From the NCBI GenBank assembly GCA_051047955.1, contig JBPGPT010000008.1:124001-188000 (forward strand): 64,000 nucleotides of DNA. The letters run 5' to 3'. The stretch comes from Cystobasidiomycetes sp. EMM_F5 (taxonomy: Eukaryota). The notes beneath the pieces were generated by a model that ran no database searches, was not told the origin of the DNA, and saw only the letters and a list, made by a program, of their open reading frames with translations. Every line of letters begins with the position of its first letter. The first letter of the stretch is position 1. Both the position numbers and the translations under genes were made by a program. Below, piece after piece: positions 37,499 through 50,700 of this stretch.

Positions 37499-39175
37499 AT
37501 GCTTCTGAGGGTTCCGAGACTGACTCTTGCAGGAAAAAGCTATGCACTCGTCGCAGGACTGCTCATAGCGAACCTCGGGATATGGGCGGCCGCGTTGGCT
37601 CTTTTCGCACCAGACGCCGCCAAACGACGGGTTCTGGCTCTTTGTGCTATAGCTTGGACTCTGGGGCTTCGGCATGCTCTTGGTTGGCATAGAAAGTGTC
37701 GATACTTACCGCAATGAAGCTGACGAAATACATCCTACAGACGCGGATCATATCAGGTCTGGGAGAAATCCGCCACTAAGCCGTGCTGTCGAGAGCTGAC
37801 AGCAATTCAATATGATACAGCGCTATCGACAATGCCACTCGACAAATGGTAGCCTTAGGACGTCGACCGTTGACGTGCGGACTGTTCTTTTCGTTGGGAC
37901 ACAGTACCATCGTCATCGCTGTTACTGTCGCGTAAGATGGTGTAGACCGCAATTGAAAAGGCTGCAAGCGCGCTGACATAGTTTTAAACACAGCATTGCT
38001 ATCTCTGTTGGAGTTGCGGATCGACTAGATGGCGTTGCGGCCATAGGAGGTGTGGTCGGCGCGTCAGTGTCGGCGTCCTTTCTGTTTCTTCTCGGCGTAA
38101 TCAATTCCGTCTTCCTACACAAAGCTCTTCAAGAGCAGAAGCGTCAGAAGGTATGTGTAACAGTCCGTCTCCAAAGACTCGTTGATCCGGATTATGTCCG
38201 TGTCAGAATGATCCGACTGAGGGCACGGCAGTACCACCTGCTTTCGGTTGCATGGGACGGATTGCGCGACCATTACTGCGGCTCATCGATCGGCCTTGGA
38301 AGGTAAGACGGTGCCTGTCTTTGTGTTCTGCGCTGACTGTATGCCATAATCTTAGATGTACCCTATCGGCATACTATTCGGCTTCGGGTTTGATACAGCT
38401 TCAGAAATTGGTCTACTTGGAGTATCAGCACTAGCACAGACTGGAACGGGCGACGAAGCTCTTCCGAGCAGTAATATCGTTATCCTGCCTCTGCTTTTTA
38501 CGGCGGGAATGAGCTTAGTGGACTCGGTAAGGGATTGTCATCGCAAGTAACCCAGCTTACGTGCTAAGCGAGCATTCTAGCTGGACGCAATTCTGATGCT
38601 CTGGGGGTACGTTTGGCCGAACATCGAGAATGAACATTGGAAGGTCGTATTCGAAAAGAAAAACCCGCCTGCAGAGTCGCCGAGTATCGAGCCGGATCCT
38701 CTGGCGGAGGACACGGACGATGCAAAGTCACAAGAAATAACCAAGGCGGGTGACATGAAACCACGACCGCGACCGGTCATGTACAACAACCTGTCAATCG
38801 CGTTGACAGTAATCAGCATCGTCGTAGCATTTGCGATATCAATTGTAGGTGTCACAGGATCAATTGTGTCTGCGTAGACTCCTGAACTGACCACATCACC
38901 ACTAGATTGAATTTATGGGGATTGCACTAGATAATTGCGATGCCTGTTCGGACGCTGCAGACAACGATCCAGGGCTACCAGGCAACTGGTGGCGTTTCTG
39001 GGCGACAGTGAATGACAACTCGGGGTATGTTGGTGCAGGCATAGTTGGTGTAATGATCCTATGCTGTTTGATATACTACTGCATCAATAAGTGGCGGTTG
39101 CGAGCTAAAAGAAAGAAGGAAAACAAGGAAGAGCCAGCCACAGAAGGCGTACAAGCTGGCAACTTCGAAGTGTAG
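37499..39175 (+). CDS. NIC1: High-affinity nickel permease (NiCoT family)
   Basis: LGLRHAL/DADHISAIDNATR, GLFFSLGHSTIV, MYPIGILFGFGFDTASEI and PLLFTAGMSLVDS. Confidence 0.95.
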
Positions 39176-39185
39176 CTGTAGTGTA

Positions 39186-40950
39186 TCAAGTTCGTCGTGT
39201 ACCAATCTGCTCGCCAACCTTTTTCCGGAACGTCAGCGCTCGTTAAACTACTCTAGCGGAATGAAACTCACCTTTACGACAGTTTCGAGACCGCCGTTGG
39301 AGTTTTTCAAAAGATCCTGAAAATACCCGACGCGATCAGTACAGAGAAGGACAGCGTTTTATGCCACGTGGGCAACGGTTCACTGACATTGTCAAACTTG
39401 TACAATTTCTTTGGCAGAATCAGTATGCAAGTTGAGCCACCATATGCGAAGTAGCCAAGCTGCGCGCATTGACAGGCCATCAGCGGACTCTTACGGCGCT
39501 TCTAATAAGCGCACTCACCTCAGCTCCCTTTTCCACTGTATCACCCTCCTGGTGCGAATGAGCGATGCTGCCGACGAGCATTGCGCCGATTGAAACGAGA
39601 GCGACGGGCACGCTCTGACCATCCGCGCCGTCTGAAACATTCAAAATTTGTATGTCGCGCTGCATGGCACAACATGTCAGACCGTTGCCGGACTACATTA
39701 GTGCACGATGCCTACCTTGTTTGCGGTAAAGACATCGACGGCTGGATTCTGGACGGCCATTGGATTGACAGCTGTCCTCGTTATAAGTACGGGATAGGAA
39801 CGAGCAAAGGACAGAAATGCGACATACTGTATAATGAGCCGGAGATGGGCCATCTCTGCCCAAGCGTGCTAGTCAACGGCTGGTGCCATCTATGGTAATC
39901 CTGAGGTGCGAGACGGAAGATAGCGCTTGTGACGAAAATGAGCGCGAAACATAAGCTGAGGGAAGGCGAAACGGTAGGAATTCCTTACAGAGAACATCCA
40001 TCCGCATAAGCGGGATTAGACATGAAAGTATCGTCATGTACGAGATGTTGTACAGAGAATTGACGGCCTTTGATCCATACTTGTGTTGCGGCAGATACAT
40101 CCTCCCAGACCGTCAGCCGGCAATCGGCAGCACTGACGAGTATGTTTGGATCGCCTGCGCCAGCGACTGGACGGGCATCTGGCTTGAGCGCGCGATAAAA
40201 GAAGGAATTGAAAGTCTTGTACGCTTTCAAGTCAGGCTGAGCGAGTTGACTGAGCGAGTCTTCCAGTCCATACGTCTGGACGAACGAAACAATATGCTCG
40301 TACGCGCCCGTCTCCGCATCGAACAGCTTGCCTTGCTTGACCGATTGATCAACGAGCAGATGCTCAATCTGGATAGCGAGGTTGCGGATCAGTCAGTGGG
40401 AGTTTGCTGGGGTAAATGTACATCAAGCGTACATATTTGAAACCAAGAATACTGTAAAGTATGAAGAATATTTAGTACAAACGCGCTGTGGCAGTGTTTA
40501 TGAAAGTAAAGACTGACCGGTCGCCTCCAGTATCAAAGAGAAGTGTCATACCCGCTCGAACGTATATAGGCATACTTTCCCACTGCTTCTCGCCCGTAGC
40601 CCTGTCGACAATGACATAGTTCCCAGCATGTTCCTGAAGTGTAATGTCAATCTCCATACAAGCAGAATTAGAAATAGCTTGCGATTGCCCACCTCCGCAG
40701 CGTACTTTTCAATACCGGGAATGTACGCAGACCAGAAATGAGTCCCAGTCTCGTGTTTTTTGGCAGCGTGTTTTGCTGGACACAGGACACCTCCGGCCGG
40801 GCTGGTCGCTGCACCAGGCTGTCCGCTGGTCTGTACGGCTGCCTTGAGCCCTTCTGCCGCCTGTTTCTGCTCATCTGGCAACTCGTCTTTCCCGCCGGCC
40901 TCGTCTGCCGCTGGCTTTGACGGGTGTTTGTGATTTGAAAAGAAGACCAT
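39186..40950 (-). CDS. Phosphatidylserine decarboxylase (Psd2-type catalytic domain; no C2 domain seen)
   Basis: ESMPIYVR, YKTFNSFFYRALKPDARP, SAADCRL, FRLAPQDYHRWH, VNPMAV, IGAMLVGSI and the self-cleavage motif GYFAYGGST. Confidence 0.93.
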
Positions 40951-41489
40951 TGCGGGGATGTCAGCAGTGCGTGTCAGCTACGAAGGGCGTAATATCGCAG
41001 CTTGACAGGTGTAAAGTAAATGTTTGCAAAATATCGAGCAAACGCAGCAGCAAGTGGTCGACGTCAAAGGCTGCGAACGAGGTCTTTTTATAGACGGACG
41101 TGACGTCGAAAAGGACTTTAAGAGTTTACAACGACAGCGGTACTGAGAATGACGACGACCGCATGCACGACTGGGTTATGCCCATCTGGACGGCTCGCGT
41201 TGTGACTGCTGGTAGATAGGGTTTGCTAGAGGACTCCCATGGCCGTTCCGAGACAGCTTGGCCCTAACGTGCGCTCCCGGTATCCTGTCGACTGAGATGA
41301 TTGTAGACTCCTGTGTACTTTCGAACTCAATCGCAACGCGAATCGTCTGCCTCGCTATCCTTGGATAGATGGAGCCCACTGTGGTACGGAATCACGTCAG
41401 GCTGAGGAAGGCTGCATCACCAGACTACGTGCTCACACTGTGGACTCAACGCATGTGGATACAATGCGGAGATGAAGTGCACAGTCTCC

Positions 41490-41826
41490 TCAGTTTGGTT
41501 TCTTTGCTCTCAATCTGCGTCTTTTGCTCTGGAAATTGAATACAACCTCTCAGCTAAACAAAGTAGCCCACTGCAGGCACTGAGACCAGCCCTACCTTGA
41601 GGAAAGAATGTATCTTTGCAGCCTTGCGCTTCGGGTTGCGCTGGTGTGGGCCGAGCGGCCTCAGCCGGACTGGGAGGGTGAAGTTGCGTACCAGCACTGT
41701 CAACGAGGACAGCATAGGAGCAGCCAGTGACGGGACATTTCTAATCCACGATGACATAGACGGCATAGAGCGCGTAGATAGCGCCGGCCGCAGAAGCAGC
41801 GACATTCTGCCCAATGAGGTAGCCAT
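41490..41826 (-). CDS. Small basic protein with predicted mitochondrial presequence (possible mitoribosomal protein)
   Basis: MATSLGRMSLLLRPALSTRS...RNPKRKAAKIHSFLK, a GT-AG intron, then SKRRRLRAKKPN*. Confidence 0.55.
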
Positions 41827-41927
41827 GGTCTGGGAGGTCGGTCAAGAACAAAAAGGTCCAGGACATTGCGGCGGAGAAATACGATGCCGATGCAGCTTCG
41901 TTGCCCCTTTCTATGCTACCCCAACAA

Positions 41928-44878
41928 CTACTTTGCATAGTGCAACGTCCAAGAATCTAATATCCGCCGTCTATTGATACCCTCCACGCTCAGCCCTGGT
42001 GAACCATATGTCAATGGCGCGGTGAAGACAAAGCCTGCTATCACGGCAGTAATTATGCCCAACGCTGCTGCCACCATCGCGCGCGATACGCGAGCCTTGA
42101 GCTTTGGACGCAATCGCGTTTTTGGTCCAGCTGCGGATAACGGGTAATTGATAGTGTCGGTAAAGAGGAAATTGAAAGCTACACCAGCGACTAGCACAGA
42201 TTGGACGTGGGCTGGTAGGTAGCTAGATCACATCCGTGTTAGGCGTCTCTCAAGCGCTTCAGGGTGCGTGTTGACTCACTGGTGCAAGAAGAGTTGGCGG
42301 TTCATCGTCCAAAAAGGACCGTAATGGAATAACCAGCCCAAGAGGAAGAACCCGCCAGTAGAGTAGAGACGGCTTCGGACGTCTGTACCATATTTCAGTC
42401 AGTCAAGTACCCGTCAAGCAAGAATGCAGCGCAACCTACGTTCTGGAATTGCTGAAATTCCTCTCCGTCTCGCAATCTGCTCAGCTCCAAGAATGCCGAC
42501 AAACACACTTAACGCCAGTATGCAGAACCACCAGTCGATAAAGTTGCCAATCAGATACACCTGCTCGCGATCAGTTGCATTGCCCGTCCAGAATGATATG
42601 CCGGAAAGAAGGAATGGCCAATTCACAGGTCCGCTCGCGTACGGATGGCTGTCCGTCAGGCCAGCATTGTGCTGAATCATGAGTATTTGAAGTTCAAAGA
42701 ACTTTTTGAAGAAGTTGACATGCTTGACCTCCTTCGTCACTGCTGGAGGCGGTCTCGCGATATCCGTTGCGTCTGGCGTTTGAAGGATACGTCAGCTAAA
42801 AGTACTGCGACAATGTCTACATGGTCTACGTACTCTCATCTTTGACAATCTCATCGACATACCAGATATTGGTAGGCTCGTTCAGATTCTTATTTCCGTT
42901 GATTTCCTGCTGCTTGAAACCCCACTCTGGCAGTACCGGAGTTGCATGCGTCCACATGGCGACTTTAGTTGCCATGTGCAGCAGCTTGAAATGACCACTC
43001 TTTGACATCCACTGCTGTCCAGCATGCGCGTCATCAATGTCGATACGGAATGTTGTATCATTTTCTCGAGATAGATCATCCTTGGGCCACGTGGTAAACT
43101 CTTCGTTTGTTGCCATGAGCGGGCACGCAACGTCGTGCGTCATGAGATAGCTCTGCGTATTGACGTGCAACAGCCGAACTACATCATCGTGTCTGACTAC
43201 CCGTCCCCGACCTGATTCTGGAATATCCTTTGTCGGCTCTACTATCCAGTGGTTGTTTGTATCATTGAAGGGATATCCAGTCACTTGCTGTCCTTGTGAC
43301 GATATCCGGCCATCGTCATATTGCATGGGGTACTTGTCTGGGTGCGAGTGGAGATACACCTTTGTCATCCTGTGGCGGATAGAGAGTACATCATAGTAGC
43401 GGATCTCTTCAGCGTCCACAGTGAGCGGACTCCCTTTCAGCGTTTCCTGGAAAGCCGGGCTCATAAATTCGTCACCGGTCCCAGAGTATGTGAGGACGCG
43501 GAAGTGGACCCAAAACCAGAAAAGGTAGACGATAGCGGGTATGATGATTAGTCCTATGACTCTTGCACCGAAGTGCCGCGCAACGTGTTTCTGAGAATTG
43601 AGGGCGTCAAGCACACTCAAGATGACTCTGCGAGTACCTACCATCGAGTTGCCTCGGCGAATATCCAATATGTTCCATAGATCGATACATACGGCCGATC
43701 CTACGGTCAGGAAAAGGAAGAGGCCGACCATCTTGCAAGATAACGTCAAGGCTAGGAACGTCCCGGTGGCGATCATCCATGACCACCATGCATTGGAGAA
43801 CTCCCTGTTGATGGATCATAGATTTAGTCACGTTCAAATCAACGAACAGGCTTGGCGTACCTATATCTCAATCTGTAAAATCGAATATAACAGTATATCG
43901 CGCATACTTGAAACAAGATCATTTGTGAGTCGAGCAGAATAAGCCTCGTTTGTGTGACATGCGCGTTATCTGCAAGTGGATGAGATATGTATTAATGAGG
44001 CGACCTTTCGGATATGCCTAGCTACCCCGCACCAAAAGCTATGAGTGCTGCCGACAGCAGACCGATGATACGGGGATACCCGCTTTCCCGCATGATGCCA
44101 TATATAACAGCTGGGGTGATTGACCCACATACAGCAGGGAGGGCGCGTAGACCGACATATGGGACATTTGGCTTGAGGTAATCATCGCCGATATTCTCAA
44201 AGTCGAATGCGCCGTCATACCCGATCAGCCATCCCGCGAAGGCAAGCATCAGCTTGGCCAGAGGAGGATGCACATCGAAGAAGTATTCCCTGCGAAGGTA
44301 GTATGAAGCGAATTTTCCAAAGTGGACCTGTTTGCAGGAGAGAGACAAGTGTCACGAGTGTGGTCTCCATATACGCGTCGAAGCTTGCACAATTGGCATA
44401 CCTCATCGAAACTGCAGAGGACGAATGATTAGCTTTCATGTAGCCTGCACTGTTGAGAAACGTCCAGCTTACACTACCCCAGCCGGATGCCAGATCTTGT
44501 AGAAGCGCACAACGCCCGCGACGAGCGCGACAAAGGCGTATATGAAGAGCTCAAAGTGCGAAGTGTGTTCGGAGGAGTATGGAGAATCTTCCTCCAGCAG
44601 TGCCTATGTACGCGTGCGACTTCAGCTTCCTTGTATGCCCAGATGTCGCTTTGTTTGGCTCTTTCGCTCGCTACCTTTTGAAACGGCAACCCTTTGGATT
44701 CGTGCAGCAACTTCGCGTCGTCGTGCAAGCTCAACTCATCCTGCCTAGGCCCATATGGATCCAGCTTGCCGTTCGGATGCTCGTCCATTTCGCTGTACGG
44801 TGATCCAGGGACCACTGCCGCAGCCGGGACGTGTACGCTCTTTCCGCGACGCTGCGTTGGCTGAGTCAAGGTCGCCAT
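41928..44878 (-). CDS. PMT4: Dolichyl-phosphate-mannose:protein O-mannosyltransferase, PMT4 subfamily
   Basis: [31 protein letters not shown], MIR domain (RISSQGQQVTGYP), SHPYAS and RQLFLHHYLPAH. Confidence 0.95.
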
Positions 44879-45416
44879 GTTTCCAGCACGCGGACTCGTA
44901 TCGCGGCGGACACCGTGGCCTGCTTCGAGGTCGTCCAGTTTATAGATCGCGTCGGGCAAATACAAAGGACAAACGACCAAACGAGGCTTGGTTCCGCTCA
45001 GATACGACAAGAATACGGAAACTAATGCTGAAGCTATGCGATGATCAGACGATGTTATAGACAGACGGGGTGGAGTCCGCCTTGACTTTCGACGACAGAG
45101 GTCTTTCTCGGCAGCTTGTGATGTTCTGCTGCTCAGTCAGTCAGTCGGCCAAGCAGGGTAATATATGCAGAATATCGCAATACACCGGACTCTACCACCG
45201 CTTCTGCGCAGTCCACTCCCTGCCAAACCCCGACTGGTGCAGCTCTTCTGAGCTGCTCTGCGCTCCTGGCCTATATACCGGAATTGCAGAAACGGAGCAG
45301 TCGCAGATATATGTTTGCAGTCAGCTTGTAGCGTAGTATCGTGAGCTAGCTCGGTGTAGAACAGTCAACGTACAATGTGTCCCAAAGACGCCTGCCATGC
45401 TGTTTGACTTCCACCC

Positions 45417-46456
45417 ATGTTGTTGCTCATGAGTACTGATTATCCCGCTGAGCCTGGCTCATCCGACAAGACTGTCGATAGCTTCTCCACACCTCCCACA
45501 GATACACCCATTCCCCCTTCTGACAGCCAGACTACAGCTGAGAAATTAAAAGGCAAGGGAGGCAAGGGCCGAGTCAGACATGGTCCACGCGACGAGTCTC
45601 CTGATGTCAAGATATCCAAGACTCTTTCATACATACTTCGCCATGGAGCCGCCAAGGAACATCTGGTCATGCGGCCAGATGGGTACATTCGGGTTGACGA
45701 TTTAGTTCGTGACTTTTGTAAAAAATAAAAATAACATGGAGACTCTGACGTTTTGCGACGCAGCTCGCTCGACCAAAACTAAAAGATGTCGACCTCCTTA
45801 CGCTCAAACGCATCGTCGCCGAAAACGCAAAACAACGCTTCGCGCTGAACGAGGAAGCAGACCCCTCTGAGCCAAGTAGAACGATACTCTGGATTCGAGC
45901 AAATCAAGGGCACTCGCTAGAGGTCGAAGAGCTTCAGTTTGAGCAAATAACTTCGGCCGACCAGTGCCCGGTAGTTGTTCACGGCACTTTTATGAAGTTC
46001 TGGCCAGCCATCAGTTTGTCTTAAAACTGTATTCGAGAGACGAGGCTTCAGGGCTCACGCAAAGACACTCAGGGTCAGAAGGGCTGAAATTGATGACCAG
46101 ACACCACATACATTGCGCATCTGGTCTCTACGGCGAGCAAGGTGTTACGAGCGGTAAGCTACTCGGCTGAAAGACTGGACGTACATTCTCACACGCCAAA
46201 CACCTACAGGAATGCGAGCAAGCTGCGATGTCTTCATATACGTGAATGTCGAGAAGGCTCTACAGGGTGCGTGCTTGCGAATGTCGGAATCTCGCAGAAT
46301 ATTCGTCTGATATGACTGCAAAATTTGCCATTTCAAGACGGAATCGTGTTTGAAAAGTCGGCGAATGGTGTTATTCTCACAAAAGGACAAGAGGGGACCC
46401 TTAAACCAGTGTATTTCAAGAAAGTACTCGACAAGAAGGGTCAACCTTTATCGTGA
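45417..46456 (+). CDS. TPT1: tRNA 2'-phosphotransferase
   Basis: SKTLSYILRHGA, KQRF, IRANQGHS, VHGT, MTRHHIH, SGMR and SANGVILT. The start could be 45429. Confidence 0.95.
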
Positions 46457-46622
46457 CGTAAAGCCCCTCTTTCGCTGGTTTCGGAAGTTGAGCAGTCGGA
46501 TTGTCGTTGTATTAAGCGCGTATTGCAGCGAAGCACGAGAGTTCACAATGTTGTCGTCGGTTGTTGCTAGACTTGGAAACTTTCTGTGGCGCTGATGATT
46601 CTCTGTCTCAAGCGAACAGGAT

Positions 46623-47433
46623 ATGGCTGTCGAACAAATTCTGCATATCGGCGTTCTGGCGCTGCAAGGAGGCTTCCATGAACATGCTTCCCATCTCGCT
46701 GCAGCGGCCAAATCACTCGAGCCAGCGGTTACAATCAGAACGCATTTCGTCCGTACAGCTGCTGAACTAGCAGCTTGTGATGCTCTGGTCATCCCTGGAG
46801 GCGAGAGCACGACAATAACTCTGCTTGCTGAGAAGGGCGGACTTCTCGCACCGCTGCGCGATTTTGTCAGACGAAAGCCGACATGGGGATCTTGCGCAGG
46901 CATGATTGTCCTATCTGAAAGCATATACAACGAAAACAAGAACGACAATGGAGGAAGCGCACAGACGCCTGCACAAGCTATTGGCGGCGTAGATATCTGT
47001 ATCGTTAGAAATCAGTATGGAAGACAGGTATGCCCAGCCTTTCTTTCGCTATACATTGACAGACATGACTCAGGTTAAAATTCTGCCAAAGCTCGCTTCT
47101 TTTGAGCATAATTTGACCTTCCACGGCATTGCCGACCAAGCGCAACCATTTCCTGCAGTCTTTATCCGTGCACCTATCATTCACCACTTTCTCAAAACGA
47201 ATGATGCCACGAAACATGAGCTGCAAGTGCTAGCAACAGTTCCCACAGAGTGTCTGCCACAGTCGAAAGCTGGGTCGGTGCAGCTTGGGCCAGATGCACA
47301 TGTAGTCGCGTTACGTCAAGGCAATATTCTCGTCACATCCTTTCATCCGGAGTTGTCACAAGACACCCGAGTACACGAGTTCTTTATAAAGAACATGGTC
47401 TTGTTGGGTGGCTCGCAGAATGGGCAGAGATGA
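46623..47433 (+). CDS. SNO1: PLP synthase glutaminase subunit (Pdx2)
   Basis: [39 protein letters not shown] and SFHPEL. Confidence 0.96.
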
Positions 47434-47502
47434 TATGCAGAGACATGGCGATGCGTAATATTACATTGAGAAGGCCAAATCGACATCGCTCAAATGCGAA
47501 AT

Positions 47503-48818
47503 TTAGTAGCCTCTCAGGCTCATTTCTGCGAAGTAACAAAATCAGCATGTCGCATAACAGAACAAGGCGCATAAACGTACTGGTCACCCCTGGAGCGCTG
47601 GTATCGTTGACACCCTTCATGCCTGCACCGAGGCCCTCGGATGCTTCGGCAACCTTGAGCGGGTCATTGTAATGCGTAGTCGCTACTACAATAGCCTTCG
47701 CAAAAGCCTCGGGGTTGGACGAATCGAAAATGCCACTTCCGCTGTGGAAGTATAAGTCAGACAAGCTTGCAAGGATGTGAAAAGACGTGCACGGGACTCA
47801 CACAAAGACACCATCGCAACCAAGTTGCATACATAAAGCAGCATCGGCTGGCGTGGCGATTCCGCCAGCAGCGAAGTTTACTACTGGCAAGCGACCCAAC
47901 TTCGCGACCTCGCGAACGAGTTCGATAGGAGCTTGGATGTCCTTGGCGTAGCTGTACAACTCCCTAGGTGGTAGCGTTTGTACGTGGCGGATCTGCGCTT
48001 GAATAGCCTTGGTGTGTCTGACGGCCTCGATAACGTTTCCTGTAGCAGAAGCGAATGTCAGCTACCTGTAGCAATAACCAAGAAGAGTACAGAATCACCT
48101 GTCCCGGGTTCCCCCTTGCACCTTATGAAGGCTGCACCTTCTGAGATACGTCGAAGCGCTTCTCCAAGATCCTTGCATCCACAGACGAAGGGTACATTGT
48201 ATGCATGCTTGTCAAGATGGTCGGACGGATCCGCTGGCGAGAGGACTTCGGACTCGTCAATGTAGTCTACACCGATGGCTTCCAGGATCTGCGCTCTGTG
48301 GTGAAAGTCAACAGATGCGGCGAGACAGCAGCGCCAGTGAGGAGGACGTACTCGACAATGTGACCAATACGGACCTTGGCCATGACGGGAATAGAGACGG
48401 CTGCCATGATCTCGCGGATCATCTTGGGATCAGACATTCTGGCCACACCGCCTTCTGCACGAAGCTTTGAAGGGATCTTTTCGAGCGCCATGACTGCGCA
48501 CGCTCCCGCAGCTTCCGCAATTATGGCTTGCTCTACATTCATCACATCCATAATAACACCCCCTTTCAACATTTTGGCCAAGCCAGCCTGTGCGAGTCAC
48601 CGTCAGCACGCGCTGTCTGGATTTTGAGCAAGCGCGACAGGGAGTCAGCGCCCACCTTGACATTGTAGGATGCAGCTGGCTGTGCATAGAGATTTCATGT
48701 CAGGTGAATAGATACACAACACATCGAGTGGAAAGTTGCCACCTACTTTTCCATTGCTCGAGTCGTGGTGCGCGCCGTTGCTTCCATTGACCTGCGCAGT
48801 GTGACTGTTCGTAGACAT
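47503..48818 (-). CDS. SNZ1: PLP synthase subunit (Pdx1)
   Basis: [56 protein letters not shown] and GSGIF. Confidence 0.97.
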
Positions 48819-49241
48819 TGTATGTGAGATGCTTCAAGTAAAGATGCAGGACGCCCAAATTCTTGTCGCAAAAGCAAGCAGTGACTCGAATATTTTCATA
48901 CATCGCAATCGCCGAGACGAGATCTTTCTGTCAGGCCCGTGCGCGGAAGAGCTTCAGGCGGGGTTCTCCAGAAAACATTTGCAGCGAGAATTTGCTTGAA
49001 TTATCTGAGGGTGCTTAGCAGTCAGTCCGTGCAACGTATGAGTGCCCATAATGAGGCTTGTCTCTGTCGAGCTCTTTCATGCACGCTCTGCAAATTTGCA
49101 GTCACGTGATCCCTTATTCATGGCACAGAATAAACGTAGGGCAGCCATCAAGGCTTCCACTTCTATTGTTTGTAGTACGCAGAAACACAGTCACAACATA
49201 GTGCGCATGGAACCTCATTCAGCTAAAAAGGCGTTACTATC

Positions 49242-49775
49242 CTAAAGCAGCGCCGCGAAGATTCCCGCTACAATCGCAATGCCTCCGAATACTGACGTCG
49301 TGCTATGAGGCGAAGCGCCATTGTCAGGGGTCTTGACCGCATTCCCCGCTGAACTAGTTGATGTTCCATTGCACGAATTCGAAAGTTGGGTTATAGCGGA
49401 CGCGTCGAGTTGATTGATCTTGAAAAGAACATTCGATGAAGGTAGGTTACCAACGCAGGTGTTAAGAGAAGCGACAGCAGTTGCATTGGGACATATGCAG
49501 CCCGAGAGTTGTGAAACGCTTTGGGTACTCGTGCTGTCGCAGACTGAAAGAAGAGGCTTTAGCTTGTGCACAGAACGCCAATCAAGGGTCGGCTTACCGG
49601 CGAGTGCTTTACTGAATGCATCGCAAGGCATGTTCATTTGCATGACTGGTGAATTGAGACTAGTTCAGCATTGAAGTCATTCGAAAGTGATGGTTCCAAA
49701 CTCACAACCATCGTCTGCCGCCATCGCGCTGGCGCTGGCCGCCACAACAAGTGCACACGCTGTGAAGAGCTTCAT
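49242..49775 (-). CDS. Small secreted Cys-rich, probably GPI-anchored protein
   Basis: Signal peptide MKLFTACALVVAASASAMA, several Cys (including CIC), a Ser/Thr-rich segment and hydrophobic C-terminus NGA...GGIAIVAGIFAALL. Confidence 0.75.
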
Positions 49776-50700
49776 CTGTAGTATTATACTATGTAAGCGT
49801 GAGAATCTCTTGATAGCGCTTTAAGCCTGCTGGGTGTCTACGCCAACTTACAATGTGAACGAGAATAGGAATTGGTTATTTGAACGATGTATATATGAGC
49901 TTTGTTCGTGCGAGGAATGTGCAGAAGGTAGAAAGTCGACATTTGTCCACATCTCGAAAGCACCTTTTATGCTTCATCCGAAGGCAGAGGCGATCCACAA
50001 TATCCGAAACGACATTGCCTTTGAATGGACAGCCTACGCTTCCGTCTTTGGTGATCTTGCTTGTCAAGGGGTCAGCCTTTTGACAGGCAGTGCGATTTTG
50101 GCAGGCAGTCAGGGTCAGACGATTAGTCAGCAACGTGGTCCTTCCTGTAAAGAGCAGCCGTTCCGGACATCGATGCAAGAAGCTGTGCGCATGCGGGTGC
50201 ATTACAGTAGTATGAGGTAATATGAACTGCAGTGTGTCAGCTAGGGCATGATGGTCATCCGCCCGATGATAGCCTGTGCAGAGGTCATCTGAACCGCCGG
50301 ATTCGGGACAGCGTTGGCAGAGTCCACTGGGCGGTGATGGAGTCGAGTTTGCAGATTTGTGTCGGCGCTTCACATGAGTGACAGATCAGTATCAACCTTG
50401 TTTCTTTTTGATTTATGACGCGGTCCGTATGCATTGCGACAGCTGGCCTGCCCATTGCTGGCCGATTTGGCTCGGCGAACGAGACTTCTAAGACCTCCAT
50501 CGCTGAGTGTATGAGCTGTCTAGCTCGTTGAAGTGTTGCTTCTCACAGACTTCCGCTCGCTTAGCCTGGGTTGGGTGCTCGGTTAGGTCGAGAGACAAGC
50601 CTGGGTACTCTTTACCGATTACCGACAGGGCTGCTATACGCCAACTAACGCGTCCGAAGCTGATCTGACGCTCGCACAGTATCACGAAGTGCTGAAAAGA

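Noticed and set aside
22391..46456. NADAR and TPT1 as a linked ADP-ribosylation writer/eraser system
   Set aside because: They are 22 kb apart with many unrelated genes between, and TPT1 has a housekeeping role.
49834..50690. Overlapping ORFs of 67-165 aa between the GPI gene and the phosphatases
   Set aside because: No recognisable motifs and no consistent splice model. An orphan gene cannot be excluded.
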